A stretch of 61,260 bases of DNA from an uncultured Oscillospiraceae bacterium (GTDB lineage: Bacteria > Bacillota > Clostridia > Oscillospirales > Oscillospiraceae): contig CANROZ010000001.1 of assembly GCA_947632365.1 (NCBI GenBank), forward strand, positions 1 to 61,260, read 5' to 3'. This document shows positions 9,423-17,815 of the stretch, piece by piece. The position numbers were made by a program, and so were the translations under genes. The notes under the pieces are model-generated. The model was not told the DNA's origin. It saw only the letters and a list, made by a program, of their open reading frames with translations, and made no database searches. Position 1 is the stretch's first letter. Each line of letters starts with the position of its first letter.

Positions 9423-10466
9423 ATGAGCATCAATTTTTCCGGCGACGGGCCGGAAGAGGTCCTGACCACCGCCACCTTCCAGCCGGAGGATGTGACGGAG
9501 GCGTCGCTGCGCCCCAAACGCCTGGAGGACTATACGGGCCAGGAGAAGGCCAAGGAGAATCTGGCCGTGTTCATCCAGGCCGCCAAGATACGCAACGAGC
9601 CCCTGGATCATGTGCTGCTCCACGGCCCTCCGGGCCTGGGCAAGACCACCCTGGCCGGGGTCATCGCCAACGAGATGGGCGTCAATATGCGCATCACCTC
9701 CGGCCCGGCCATCGAAAAGCCCGGCGATCTGGTGGCGCTGCTGACCAACCTGCAGGAGAATGACATCCTCTTTCTGGATGAGATACACCGCCTGAACCGC
9801 TCCGTGGAGGAGATACTGTATCCCGCCATGGAGGATTACGCCATCGATATCATCCTGGGGAAGGGCCCCTCCGCCAATTCCATCCGATTGGACCTGCCCC
9901 ATTTCACCCTCATCGGCGCCACCACCCGGTCCGGGCAGCTGTCCGCGCCGCTGCGGGACCGCTTTGGCGTGGTGCTCCGTCTGGAGCTCTACAGCACCGA
10001 GGACCTGCGTCGGATCGTAGAGCGCAGCGCGGGCATCCTGGGGGTGGAGATCGAGCCGGACGGGGCGGTGGAGATCGCCTCCCGCAGCCGCGGCACGCCC
10101 CGCATCGCCAACCGGATGCTCCGGCGGGTGCGGGATTTTGCCCAGGTGAAGGGCTCCGGCGTCATCACCCGGGACATCGCCAACGAGGCGCTTCTGCGCC
10201 TGGAGGTGGACCAGGCGGGGCTTGACAACGTGGACAGGCGGATGCTCCGCAGTATCATCGAGCTCTACAACGGCGGCCCGGTGGGGCTGGAGGCCCTGGC
10301 GGCCACCATCAACGAGGAGGCCGTCACCCTGGAGGATGTGTACGAGCCGTTTTTGCTCCAGCAGGGATTCCTCACCCGCACCCTCCGGGGCCGCTGCGTC
10401 ACCCAGAAGGCCTATGAGCACCTGGGCATCGAGTATTTGGGCCAGCAGCGCTTGGATAATATGTGA
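9423..10466 (+). CDS. ruvB: Holliday junction DNA helicase RuvB
   Basis: [12 protein letters not shown], Walker [16 protein letters not shown]. Confidence 0.97.
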   Translation: MSINFSGDGPEEVLTTATFQPEDVTEASLRPKRLEDYTGQEKAKENLAVFIQAAKIRNEPLDHVLLHGPPGLGKTTLAGVIANEMGVNMRITSGPAIEKPGDLVALLTNLQENDILFLDEIHRLNRSVEEILYPAMEDYAIDIILGKGPSANSIRLDLPHFTLIGATTRSGQLSAPLRDRFGVVLRLELYSTEDLRRIVERSAGILGVEIEPDGAVEIASRSRGTPRIANRMLRRVRDFAQVKGSGVITRDIANEALLRLEVDQAGLDNVDRRMLRSIIELYNGGPVGLEALAATINEEAVTLEDVYEPFLLQQGFLTRTLRGRCVTQKAYEHLGIEYLGQQRLDNM

Positions 10467-10556
10467 TGGCCCTGGCAGACTGGCGGTAAATATGCGCCGC
10501 CGTCGGTTTTCTGTCAAAATTTCTCCATTTTCCCGCAGGTTTTTTGTAAAAAGTGC

Positions 10557-10584
10557 TTGACTTATTGCACTAAAGCGATATAAT
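10557..10584 (+). promoter_or_regulatory. near-consensus sigma-A promoter abutting the sigma-factor ATG
   Basis: TTGACT, 16-nt spacer, TATAAT. The -10 ends 5 nt before the ATG at 10590. Confidence 0.5.
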
Positions 10585-10589
10585 GACTT

Positions 10590-11210
10590 ATGTGTTACTA
10601 TAGTTATGCGAATATATCGGATGAGGAATTGCAGCTTCTCGCCAAAAACCGTGCCGATGGGGCGGAGGAGGCCCTGGCGGAGCGGTATGCGCGGGAAGTC
10701 CGTATGTGCGCCCGGCCCTACTTTTTGATCGGCGGCGACAGCGAGGACCTTATCCAGGAGGGAATGATCGGACTTCTCTCCGCCATTCGCGAGTACGACG
10801 GCAGTAAGGGTAAGGGCGCCACGTTCCACACCTACGCCCAAACGTGCATCCAGAACCGCATCAAGTCCGCTGTCCGCAGCGCCCAGCGCAGAAAGAATGC
10901 GCCGCTGAACGACGGCGTTTCCCTAGACGATGTCCTCTCAGATGAATCCCAGTCCCTAGGTACCCACTATTTTGAGCGCAGTCCCGAGGATCAGGTTCTA
11001 GCCAGAGAGACCGAACAAGAAGTTTTTTCCGCCTATTCACGGTGCTTGTCAAAATTGGAAGCAGAGATGCTCCGCCTGTATCTGAACGGCCTTTCCTACG
11101 GTGAGATGGCCGCTATGACCGGGCGTGACGTGAAGGCGGTGGATAACGCCGTCCAGCGCATTCGGCGCAAGCTGGCGAAACAATCCTCAGGCGAAAACAG
11201 CAGCAGCTGA
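10590..11210 (+). CDS. sigH: RNA polymerase sigma factor, SigH-like (sigma-70 family)
   Basis: YFLIGGDSEDLIQEGMIGLLSAIREYD and LSKLEAEMLRLYLNGLSYGEMA...VKAVDNAVQRIRRKL resemble Bacillus SigH regions 2 and 4. Confidence 0.8.
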   Translation: MCYYSYANISDEELQLLAKNRADGAEEALAERYAREVRMCARPYFLIGGDSEDLIQEGMIGLLSAIREYDGSKGKGATFHTYAQTCIQNRIKSAVRSAQRRKNAPLNDGVSLDDVLSDESQSLGTHYFERSPEDQVLARETEQEVFSAYSRCLSKLEAEMLRLYLNGLSYGEMAAMTGRDVKAVDNAVQRIRRKLAKQSSGENSSS

Positions 11211-11261
11211 TCGCAAATAAAACTGCCCAACTGGGAAAACTATCAAAAGAGAGGAACCACA

Positions 11262-11543
11262 ATGTACGAAGACAAGACCCTTGTATGCAAAGAGTGCGGA
11301 CAGGAGTTCGTATTCACGGCCGGTGAGCAGGAGTTCTACGCAGAGCGCGGCTTCCAGAACGAGCCCCAGCGCTGCAAGGCCTGCCGCGACGCCCGCAAGG
11401 CCGCTGCCCGCGGCCCCCGGGAGTTCTTCACCGCCACCTGCGCGGCCTGCGGCGGTGAGGCCCGCGTCCCCTTCGAGCCGAAGAGCGATCGACCGGTGTA
11501 CTGCAGCGAGTGCTTCGCGAAGATGCGCGCCGGCGAGCTTTGA
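11262..11543 (+). CDS. zinc-ribbon protein (CxxC-x17-CxxC repeated)
   Basis: VCKECGQEFVFTAGEQEFY...RCKACR and CAACGGEARVPF...YCSECF. SD AGAGAGG lies upstream. Confidence 0.75.
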   Translation: MYEDKTLVCKECGQEFVFTAGEQEFYAERGFQNEPQRCKACRDARKAAARGPREFFTATCAACGGEARVPFEPKSDRPVYCSECFAKMRAGEL

Positions 11544-11560
11544 TTTGTCGGAACGGGTAA

Positions 11561-11594
11561 AAAATAGAGGAAGCCAGCCGCTTCCTCTATTTTT
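11561..11594 (+). terminator. intrinsic terminator (bidirectional shape)
   Basis: AAAATAGAGGAAGC-CAGCC-GCTTCCTCTATTTT. Confidence 0.75.
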
Positions 11595-11597
11595 ATA

Positions 11598-11626
11598 TTG
11601 AAATCCACCCCGCAGGGGGATATAAT
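11598..11626 (+). promoter_or_regulatory. sigma-A type promoter
   Basis: TTGAAA, 17-nt spacer, TATAAT, 35 nt upstream of ATG 11661. Confidence 0.5.
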
Positions 11627-11660
11627 AGACCCAGAAAAATACGTACCGGGAGGAACATCC

Positions 11661-11867
11661 ATGTACCAGATCACAAAGGATACCATCGTTTTCGATATTA
11701 TGATGAACGCGCCTGCGACCCAGCCCCTTTTCCAGGAGATCGGCATGCACTGCCTTGGCTGCGCCTATGCCACCGGGGAGAGCGTGGAGCAGGCCTGCAT
11801 GGCCCACGGCGTGGAGGTGGAGCCCTTCGTGGCGAAGGTCAACGCCTATATCGCCGCGAACGCCTGA
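11661..11867 (+). CDS. DUF1858 / hybrid-cluster-protein-associated redox disulfide domain protein
   Basis: MYQITKDTIV...IGMHCLGCAYATGESVEQAC. SD GGAGG lies 7 nt upstream; start refined from track ORF 11598. Confidence 0.75.
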   Translation: MYQITKDTIVFDIMMNAPATQPLFQEIGMHCLGCAYATGESVEQACMAHGVEVEPFVAKVNAYIAANA

Positions 11868-11878
11868 GTCCGTGAAAG

Positions 11879-11905
11879 GCGGCGGGTGATGCCCGCCGCT
11901 TTTTT
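11879..11905 (+). terminator. intrinsic terminator
   Basis: GCGGCGGG-TGATG-CCCGCCGC followed by TTTTTT. Confidence 0.8.
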
Positions 11906-11910
11906 ATTTT

Positions 11911-12606
11911 ATGATGATACATCTATCCCCACGACTGGCCTCGGTGGCGGCGCTGGTGCCGCCGGGGGCGGCCGTCATCGACGTTGGCACCGATCACGCC
12001 ATGATCCCCGTGTGGCTGGTGCAGACGGGCCGTTCCCCCAAGGTCCTGGCCACGGATATCCGCTCCGGGCCTTTGCAGAGCGCCGCGGCCCTTTTGGAAA
12101 AGACAGGGACAGGGGATCGCATCCGTCTGCTGCAGACCGACGGGCTCAAGGGCGTCGGTCCCCGGGACGGGGACACCGTGATCCTGGCCGGGATGGGAGG
12201 AGAGACCATGATCTCGATCCTCTCAGCCGCGCCTTGGACGAGGGAGGGGGCGCTGCTTATCCTGGAGCCCCAGAGCAAGCGAGCGGACCTTCGCCGCTGG
12301 CTCACCCAAAGCGGCTATCAAATCGAGAGCGAACGGCTCGTCGAGGACGCCGGACGCGTCTATCCCATCCTCACCGCCGTCGGCGGCCAGGCCCCGACGT
12401 ACACCGAGGTGGAGCTGCATCTGGGGCGGCTGGCCCAGATCGGCCATGACCCGCTCTTTCCCCGCTACCTGGCGCTGATGCGCGCCCGCACGGCCAAGGC
12501 CGCGCCCTACGATCCTGCGGCCGGGGCGCTGCTGGCGGCCTATGACGATATCCAAAGGAGGCTTGACCATGGCGACGGTACAGGAGATATTCTCGTTTTT
12601 GAATGA
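11911..12606 (+). CDS. trmK: tRNA (adenine22-N1)-methyltransferase TrmK
   Basis: LSPRLASVAALVPPGAAVIDVGTDHAMIP, in a conserved pairing with Nif3. Confidence 0.85.
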   Translation: MMIHLSPRLASVAALVPPGAAVIDVGTDHAMIPVWLVQTGRSPKVLATDIRSGPLQSAAALLEKTGTGDRIRLLQTDGLKGVGPRDGDTVILAGMGGETMISILSAAPWTREGALLILEPQSKRADLRRWLTQSGYQIESERLVEDAGRVYPILTAVGGQAPTYTEVELHLGRLAQIGHDPLFPRYLALMRARTAKAAPYDPAAGALLAAYDDIQRRLDHGDGTGDILVFE

Positions 12607-13336
12607 AAAGGCCCCGGTGGCGTCCAAAATGGACTTTGACAACGTGGGCCTGCTGGTGGGCCACGGCGACAGTGCCGTGGATCGGGTACTGGTGAGCCTT
12701 GATGTCACAGCCCCGGTCATCGACGAGGCGGCGGCGCTGGGCGCCGGGCTCATCGTGAGCCATCATCCCATCTTTTTTGAGCTGAAGTCCGTTACGGACG
12801 GCGATATGAACGGCAGCCGAGTGCTGTCCCTGGCGGAAAAGGGCATCGCCGCTATCTGTATGCATACCAACCTGGACGCGGCGGCGGGGGGCGTGAACGA
12901 CGCGCTGATGGCCGCCCTGGGCGGCACGGCGGAGGCGGTCCTGGAGCCGGACACGGGCATCGGCCGGATCGGGACGTTGACGGCGGAAACGCCCTTTGCA
13001 GAGTTTCTGTCCCTCGTGAAGCGGACACTGCAAACGAATGGCCTGCGCTATCACGACGCTCATCGCCCGGTGAAGCGCCTGGCGGTGTGCGGCGGCTCCG
13101 GCGGCAGCGATATCGACCTCGCGGCCGCGGCCGGGTGCGACACCTTTGTCACAGCGGACGTAAAATATAACCAATTCCTGGAGGCCGCCTGGCGCGGTGT
13201 CAATCTCATCGACGCCGATCATTTCTGCACGGAGAACGTGGTGGTCCCGGTGCTGGCGGATTGGCTGCGGGGCGCGTTCCCGGCGCTGGACGTGCGCATC
13301 TCCCAGGTCCACCGTCAGACGGCGCAGTTTTATTGA
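12569..13336 (+). CDS. Nif3-like dinuclear metal centre protein (YqfO family)
   Basis: DFDNVGLLVG...VSHHPIFF...IAAICMHTNLD...DHF. Start refined to the ATG with MATVQEIF. Confidence 0.88.
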   Translation: MATVQEIFSFLNEKAPVASKMDFDNVGLLVGHGDSAVDRVLVSLDVTAPVIDEAAALGAGLIVSHHPIFFELKSVTDGDMNGSRVLSLAEKGIAAICMHTNLDAAAGGVNDALMAALGGTAEAVLEPDTGIGRIGTLTAETPFAEFLSLVKRTLQTNGLRYHDAHRPVKRLAVCGGSGGSDIDLAAAAGCDTFVTADVKYNQFLEAAWRGVNLIDADHFCTENVVVPVLADWLRGAFPALDVRISQVHRQTAQFY

Positions 13337-13350
13337 ATATGGCATAAATC

Positions 13351-13394
13351 ATCCCTCCAGGGCGTATGTTTAAGCAAACATGCCTTGGAGGGAT
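13351..13394 (+). promoter_or_regulatory. 19-bp hairpin sequestering the spoIVA Shine-Dalgarno
   Basis: ATCCCTCCAGGGC(GT)ATGTTT-AAGC-AAACATGCCTTGGAGGGAT. The 3' arm contains GGAGGG, 6 nt before GTG 13399. There is no T-tract. Confidence 0.5.
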
Positions 13395-13398
13395 CATT

Positions 13399-14871
13399 GT
13401 GGACAGCATCTATGAGGATATTGCCCGCAGGACAGACGGCGACATCTATCTGGGCGTCGTGGGGCCTGTGCGCACGGGAAAATCCACCTTCATCAAGCGG
13501 TTCATGGAATCGCAGGTCATTCCCAACATCGAGAACGTATATAGAAAAGAACGGGCCAGGGACGAACTGCCCCAGTCCGGCTCCGGCCGGACCATCATGA
13601 CCGCCGAGCCAAAATTCGTACCGGAGGAGGCGGTGGATATCTCTCTGGGCGGGGAGGCCACGGCCTCGGTGCGGCTCATCGACTGCGTGGGATATATGGT
13701 GCCCGGTGTGGAGGGCCTCTATGAGAACGGCGCGGAGCGGATGGTCACCACCCCCTGGTACGACCACGAGATACCCATGACCCAGGCGGCGGAGGAGGGG
13801 ACCCGGAAGGTCATCGCCGAGCACTCCACCATCGGCCTTGTGATCACCACCGACGGCTCCTTTGGCGACATCCCCCGGGAGAACTATCTATCGGCGGAGG
13901 AACGGGTCATCCGGGAGCTGCGGGACATCGGCAAGCCCTTCGCCGTGCTCATCAACAGTGCCGATCCGGGCGGGGAGGCTGCCGCGTCCCTGGCCAAGAG
14001 CCTCTCGGAGCAGCATCACGTGCCCTGTCTCGCCGTCAACTGCCAGGAGCTGAGCGAGAGCGACATCCACGCGGTGATGAAGTCAGTGTTGTTCCAGTTC
14101 CCGATCAACGAGCTGTCCCTGTGGCTGCCCACTTGGGCGGAGGCCCTGCCGGAGGACAGCGAGCTGCGAAAGACGCTGTACAGCATGCTCCTCAGCGCCG
14201 GAGAGACCATGGGCGCGCTGCAGGACGCCTACAGCTGCATGGACCATCTGAGCCAGAGCGAGCTGATAAGCTCCGCCCATATCACCACGGCCCAGGCCGG
14301 GACCGGGACCGCCTCCGCCGTCATCGAGCTGGAGCAGTCGCTCTATTACCGGACGATCAGCGAGCAGTCCGGCTTTGAGATACGGGACGACGCGGACCTG
14401 ATGGAGCTGCTGCGGTCCCTCAAAAACGTCAAAACGGAATACGACCACGTGCACGAGGCCCTGGAGCAGGCCCGGGAGACTGGGTACGGCATCATCATGC
14501 CCGGACCCAGTGAGCTGGAGCTGCAGGAGCCGCAGATCGTCAGCAAGGGCGGCCGCTACAGTGTGCGGCTGAAGGCCAGCGCCCCGGCCATCCATCTTTT
14601 CCGTACCCAGGTGGAGACGGAGGTGTCCCCGGCGGTAGGAGGGGAGAAGGCATCGGAGCAGATCGTCAGTTTCCTCCTGCAGGGCTTCGACGGGGATATC
14701 AACCGCATCTGGGAGTCCAATATCTTCGGCAAATCCCTCTACGACATCGCGGAGGAGGGGCTGACCACCAAGCTGCAGCGCATGCCGCCCAACATCCGCA
14801 ACCGCCTGCGGGGCACCATCCAAAAGCTGGTGAACGACGGCGGATACAGTCTCATCTGCATCGTCCTATAA
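13399..14871 (+). CDS. spoIVA: stage IV sporulation protein A (spore coat morphogenetic ATPase)
   Basis: IYEDIARRTDGDIYLGVVGPVRTGKSTFIKRFME. The 490 aa from GTG 13399 are close to the Bacillus SpoIVA length; ATG 13366 is the alternative start. Confidence 0.95.
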   Translation: MDSIYEDIARRTDGDIYLGVVGPVRTGKSTFIKRFMESQVIPNIENVYRKERARDELPQSGSGRTIMTAEPKFVPEEAVDISLGGEATASVRLIDCVGYMVPGVEGLYENGAERMVTTPWYDHEIPMTQAAEEGTRKVIAEHSTIGLVITTDGSFGDIPRENYLSAEERVIRELRDIGKPFAVLINSADPGGEAAASLAKSLSEQHHVPCLAVNCQELSESDIHAVMKSVLFQFPINELSLWLPTWAEALPEDSELRKTLYSMLLSAGETMGALQDAYSCMDHLSQSELISSAHITTAQAGTGTASAVIELEQSLYYRTISEQSGFEIRDDADLMELLRSLKNVKTEYDHVHEALEQARETGYGIIMPGPSELELQEPQIVSKGGRYSVRLKASAPAIHLFRTQVETEVSPAVGGEKASEQIVSFLLQGFDGDINRIWESNIFGKSLYDIAEEGLTTKLQRMPPNIRNRLRGTIQKLVNDGGYSLICIVL

Positions 14872-14940
14872 AAATATTGCGCCATTGCTTTGTTCTGAGG
14901 TATAATGACCTACGGGGTCGTTATGCCTCTTTTTTCCGCC

Positions 14941-14969
14941 GCATACCCGTCCTGACCGCCGCATAGATT
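14941..14969 (+). promoter_or_regulatory. sigma-E-like sporulation promoter upstream of cwlD
   Basis: GCATACC-N14-CATAGATT against the Bacillus sigma-E consensus kmATAww-N14-CATACAhT. Confidence 0.4.
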
Positions 14970-14986
14970 GCACCGAGGTGGTGCAG

Positions 14987-15694
14987 ATGGGAAAACGGCT
15001 CAAGATCAAATGGTGGTATCCGCTGGCGCTGGCGGTGCTGCTGGCCATCGTGGCCCTGGCGCAGCGCTCAGCGGCGGTGGCAACAGAGGCGGAGACGGTC
15101 CCGCCGACGCTGATCATCGACGCGGGCCACGGAGGCGCTGACGGCGGCGCCGTGGCGGCGGATGGCACGCTGGAGAGCGACATCAACCTGGATATCGCCC
15201 TGCGGCTGGAGGCGCTGGCCAGGTTCTGGGGTCTGGAGCCCGTCATGACCCGCACCGGGCCGGATATCGACTATCCCGCGGACGTGGGGTCCATCGCCGC
15301 CAAAAAGGTGGCCGATCAGCATGCCCGGGTGGGGCTCATCAACAATACCCCCGGCGCGGTGCTGCTGAGCATCCACCAGAACAACTATCCCGCCGCCGCC
15401 CCCAAGGGCATCCAGGTGTTTTACGGGGAAAAGCCCGGTAGCGACGCGCTGGCGAAGCTGACCCAGGACAATCTCACGGCCCAGGTTTGTCCCGCCAACC
15501 GCCGGGTGGCGTCGCCCATCGACCGGGGCGTGTATCTCATGAAGAATGTGAACTGCACCGCCGTGCTGGTGGAATGCGGTTTTCTGTCCAATCCCGACGA
15601 GCTGAAAAACCTCCAGTCCGGACCCTATCGGCTGAAGCTGGCGGCGGTGCTGCTGGCATCCTATCTGCAATACATACGAGGAACGAGCACATGA
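14987..15694 (+). CDS. cwlD: N-acetylmuramoyl-L-alanine amidase, CwlD-like (germination-specific)
   Basis: Signal anchor followed by LIIDAGHGGADGGAV...ESDINLDIA. SD GAGGTGG lies before ATG 14987; the track start GTG 14978 is also possible. Confidence 0.85.
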   Translation: MGKRLKIKWWYPLALAVLLAIVALAQRSAAVATEAETVPPTLIIDAGHGGADGGAVAADGTLESDINLDIALRLEALARFWGLEPVMTRTGPDIDYPADVGSIAAKKVADQHARVGLINNTPGAVLLSIHQNNYPAAAPKGIQVFYGEKPGSDALAKLTQDNLTAQVCPANRRVASPIDRGVYLMKNVNCTAVLVECGFLSNPDELKNLQSGPYRLKLAAVLLASYLQYIRGTST

Positions 15695-17040
15695 AAGAAA
15701 AAACTGTGTTTTACTGCACCTCCTGCGGCTATGAGACCTCCCGCTGGCAGGGCCAGTGTCCGTCCTGCCGGGCCTGGAACACCCTGACGGAGGCCCCGGC
15801 CGCCCCCAAGGCTGCGGAAAAGGTCCGGCCTGTCCGCCGGGCCATGCCCCGCAAGCTGGCCGAACTGGATGACCGGGACGAGATACGATTCTCCACAGGC
15901 ATCCGGGAGCTGGACCGGGTGCTGGGCGGCGGCGCCGTCCGGGGCTCCATCGTCCTGTTCGGCGGCGCGCCGGGTATCGGCAAATCCACGCTGCTGCTCC
16001 AGGCCTGCGGGAGCATCGCGCCCACAGAGAGCATCCTCTATGTGACGGGCGAGGAGAGCGAGCATCAGCTGAAGATGCGTGCCCAGCGGCTGAAGGTGGA
16101 TGGGGTGAATCTCCATGTGCTGGCCGGGACGGACATCAACGACGTGATCGCCGCCATCGAGGAGCTGTCCCCGGAGATCGTCATCATCGACTCCATCCAG
16201 ACGGTGTACGACCCCAGCCAGAACACCGCACCGGGCAGCGTGGGCCAGGTGAAGCAGTGCGCTATGGAGATCATGCAGCTGGCCAAGACATCTGGCTTCA
16301 CCGCCTTCGTGGTGGGCCATGTGAACAAGGAGGGCGCCATCGCGGGGCCTAAGGTGCTGGAGCACATGGTGGACTGCGTGCTGTATTTTGAGGGCGATGG
16401 CAGCCTGAGCTACCGCATCCTTCGGGCGGAAAAGAACCGTTTCGGATCCACCAACGAGATCGGCGTGTTTGAGATGCGCCGGGAGGGCCTGCGGGAGGTG
16501 CCCAATCCCTCGGAGGTCATGCTGGCGGGCCGTCCCGTGGGGGTGCCCGGCACCTGCGTGGCCTGCGTGATGGAGGGCAGCCGTCCCATCCTGGCGGAGG
16601 TCCAGGCGCTGGTGACACCCACCGGGTTTTCCGCGCCCCGGCGCACCTCCAACGGCTTTGACTATAACCGCCTGTATCTGCTGCTGGCGGTGCTGGAAAA
16701 GCGGGGCGGCATGAATGTGAACGCCTGCGACGCCTATATGAACGTGGTGGGCGGGCTCACATTGGACGAGCCTGCGGCGGACCTGGCGGCGTGCCTTGCC
16801 ATCGCCTCCAGCTTCCGGGACACGCCTCTGCCGGACAAGCTGGCTGCGGTGGGGGAGGTAGGGCTCACCGGAGAGATACGCTCGGTGCAGGCCCTTGACC
16901 TGCGTTTGGCGGAGATCGCCCGGCTGGGCTTCACCCAGTGCGTGATACCCTCCCGCATCCGGGGCGAGCTGAAGACGCCGAAGGGGCTGGAGCTGATTTA
17001 CGTCAAGACCCTGCGGGAAGCGGTGGAGAAGACCCTGTGA
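15691..17040 (+). CDS. radA: DNA repair protein RadA
   Basis: Zinc finger YCTSCGYETSRWQGQCPSCRAWN, Walker A GGAPGIGKST, KNRFG, and a Lon-like C-terminus. ATGA overlap with the cwlD stop. Confidence 0.96.
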   Translation: MKEKTVFYCTSCGYETSRWQGQCPSCRAWNTLTEAPAAPKAAEKVRPVRRAMPRKLAELDDRDEIRFSTGIRELDRVLGGGAVRGSIVLFGGAPGIGKSTLLLQACGSIAPTESILYVTGEESEHQLKMRAQRLKVDGVNLHVLAGTDINDVIAAIEELSPEIVIIDSIQTVYDPSQNTAPGSVGQVKQCAMEIMQLAKTSGFTAFVVGHVNKEGAIAGPKVLEHMVDCVLYFEGDGSLSYRILRAEKNRFGSTNEIGVFEMRREGLREVPNPSEVMLAGRPVGVPGTCVACVMEGSRPILAEVQALVTPTGFSAPRRTSNGFDYNRLYLLLAVLEKRGGMNVNACDAYMNVVGGLTLDEPAADLAACLAIASSFRDTPLPDKLAAVGEVGLTGEIRSVQALDLRLAEIARLGFTQCVIPSRIRGELKTPKGLELIYVKTLREAVEKTL

Positions 17041-17723
17041 CCCTGCTGATAGGGGAGAGATACAGGCCAAAGTTGGCGCAAAGCCTTGGGGCTCTAAGGA
17101 TAGAAGTCCTATGGCTGCCGGAGAACGCCGCTCTGGACCCGCGGCTTTCCGGCCATGCCGATCTGAGCGTGTTCGTGGCCGGAAACACAATATTCGCGGC
17201 AGAAGGGGTGTATCCTCGCATTGTTAACAATTTAACTAATAGGGGATATACTGTGATCTCGGTGCCGGGCCAGGGCAGACTGTATCCGGCGGACGTGCCG
17301 CTGTGCATCTGCGCCACAGGCAGATATACTATATACAACCCGCGCACCGCCTGCGCCGACGCCGTGGCGGCCTGCGGCGGCGTCCCGGTGCCCGTACGCC
17401 AGGGCTATGCCCGCTGCGCTGCGTGTGTGGTGGATGACCATTCCATCATCACCGCAGACGCCAGTGTCTCCAGCGCCTCGAAAAAAGCGGGGCTGGATGT
17501 GCTGGACATCGCGCCGGGCCATATCGCGCTGGACGGATATGATACAGGCTTCATCGGCGGCGCGTCATTTATATTAAATGATGATACGATCGCGTTCACC
17601 GGAACGCTGGACGGGCATCCGGACAAAGAGCGGATGCTGGCGTTTCTGGCGCAGCATGGCAAAAAGGCGGTTTTTCTCACAGCGGAGCCTATATTCGATA
17701 TTGGCGGGGCCATTTCCGTTTAG
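17037..17723 (+). CDS. conserved hypothetical protein, translationally coupled to radA
   Basis: GTG start overlaps the radA TGA (GTGA). The 228-aa product has motifs GHADLSV and GFIGGAS. Family not confidently recognised. Confidence 0.6.
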   Translation: MTLLIGERYRPKLAQSLGALRIEVLWLPENAALDPRLSGHADLSVFVAGNTIFAAEGVYPRIVNNLTNRGYTVISVPGQGRLYPADVPLCICATGRYTIYNPRTACADAVAACGGVPVPVRQGYARCAACVVDDHSIITADASVSSASKKAGLDVLDIAPGHIALDGYDTGFIGGASFILNDDTIAFTGTLDGHPDKERMLAFLAQHGKKAVFLTAEPIFDIGGAISV

Positions 17724-17733
17724 CCCTCTCCTA

Positions 17734-17763
17734 AATTCGGCATAATATTAATTATGCCGAATT
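17734..17763 (+). terminator. AT-rich perfect 13-bp hairpin (terminator and/or recombinase site)
   Basis: AATTCGGCATAAT-ATTA-ATTATGCCGAATT followed by ATTTGCGTATTTTG, 10 nt after the stop of the preceding gene. Confidence 0.5.
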
Positions 17764-17781
17764 ATTTGCGTATTTTGCCAC

Positions 17782-17810
17782 TGGACAAGCGCCCTCCTCT
17801 CTGCTATAGT
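17782..17810 (+). promoter_or_regulatory. sigma-A type promoter of the Xer-like gene
   Basis: TGGACA, 17-nt spacer, TATAGT. The -10 ends 5 nt before ATG 17816. Confidence 0.4.
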
Positions 17811-17815
17811 ACAAC

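Noticed and set aside
8673-10841. 722-aa ORF on the - strand opposite ruvA/ruvB/sigH
   Set aside because: The same shadow-ORF composition applies. It crosses three well-supported sense genes and an intergenic promoter.
13311-13350. Sigma-E promoter for spoIVA (CATAAATC at 13343-13350)
   Set aside because: No kmATAww element lies at the required 14-nt spacing, and the last base deviates from consensus. It is not reported as a feature.
15661-17190. 509-aa ORF on the - strand opposite radA. Similar long antisense ORFs lie at 18347..20113, 20206..21135, 22224..23237, 27760..29106, 33220..34995, 41522..43024, 48046..49731 and 59315..60361.
   Set aside because: All are mirror-frame artefacts of high GC overlapping confidently identified genes. 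None has an SD/start context or recognisable motifs.
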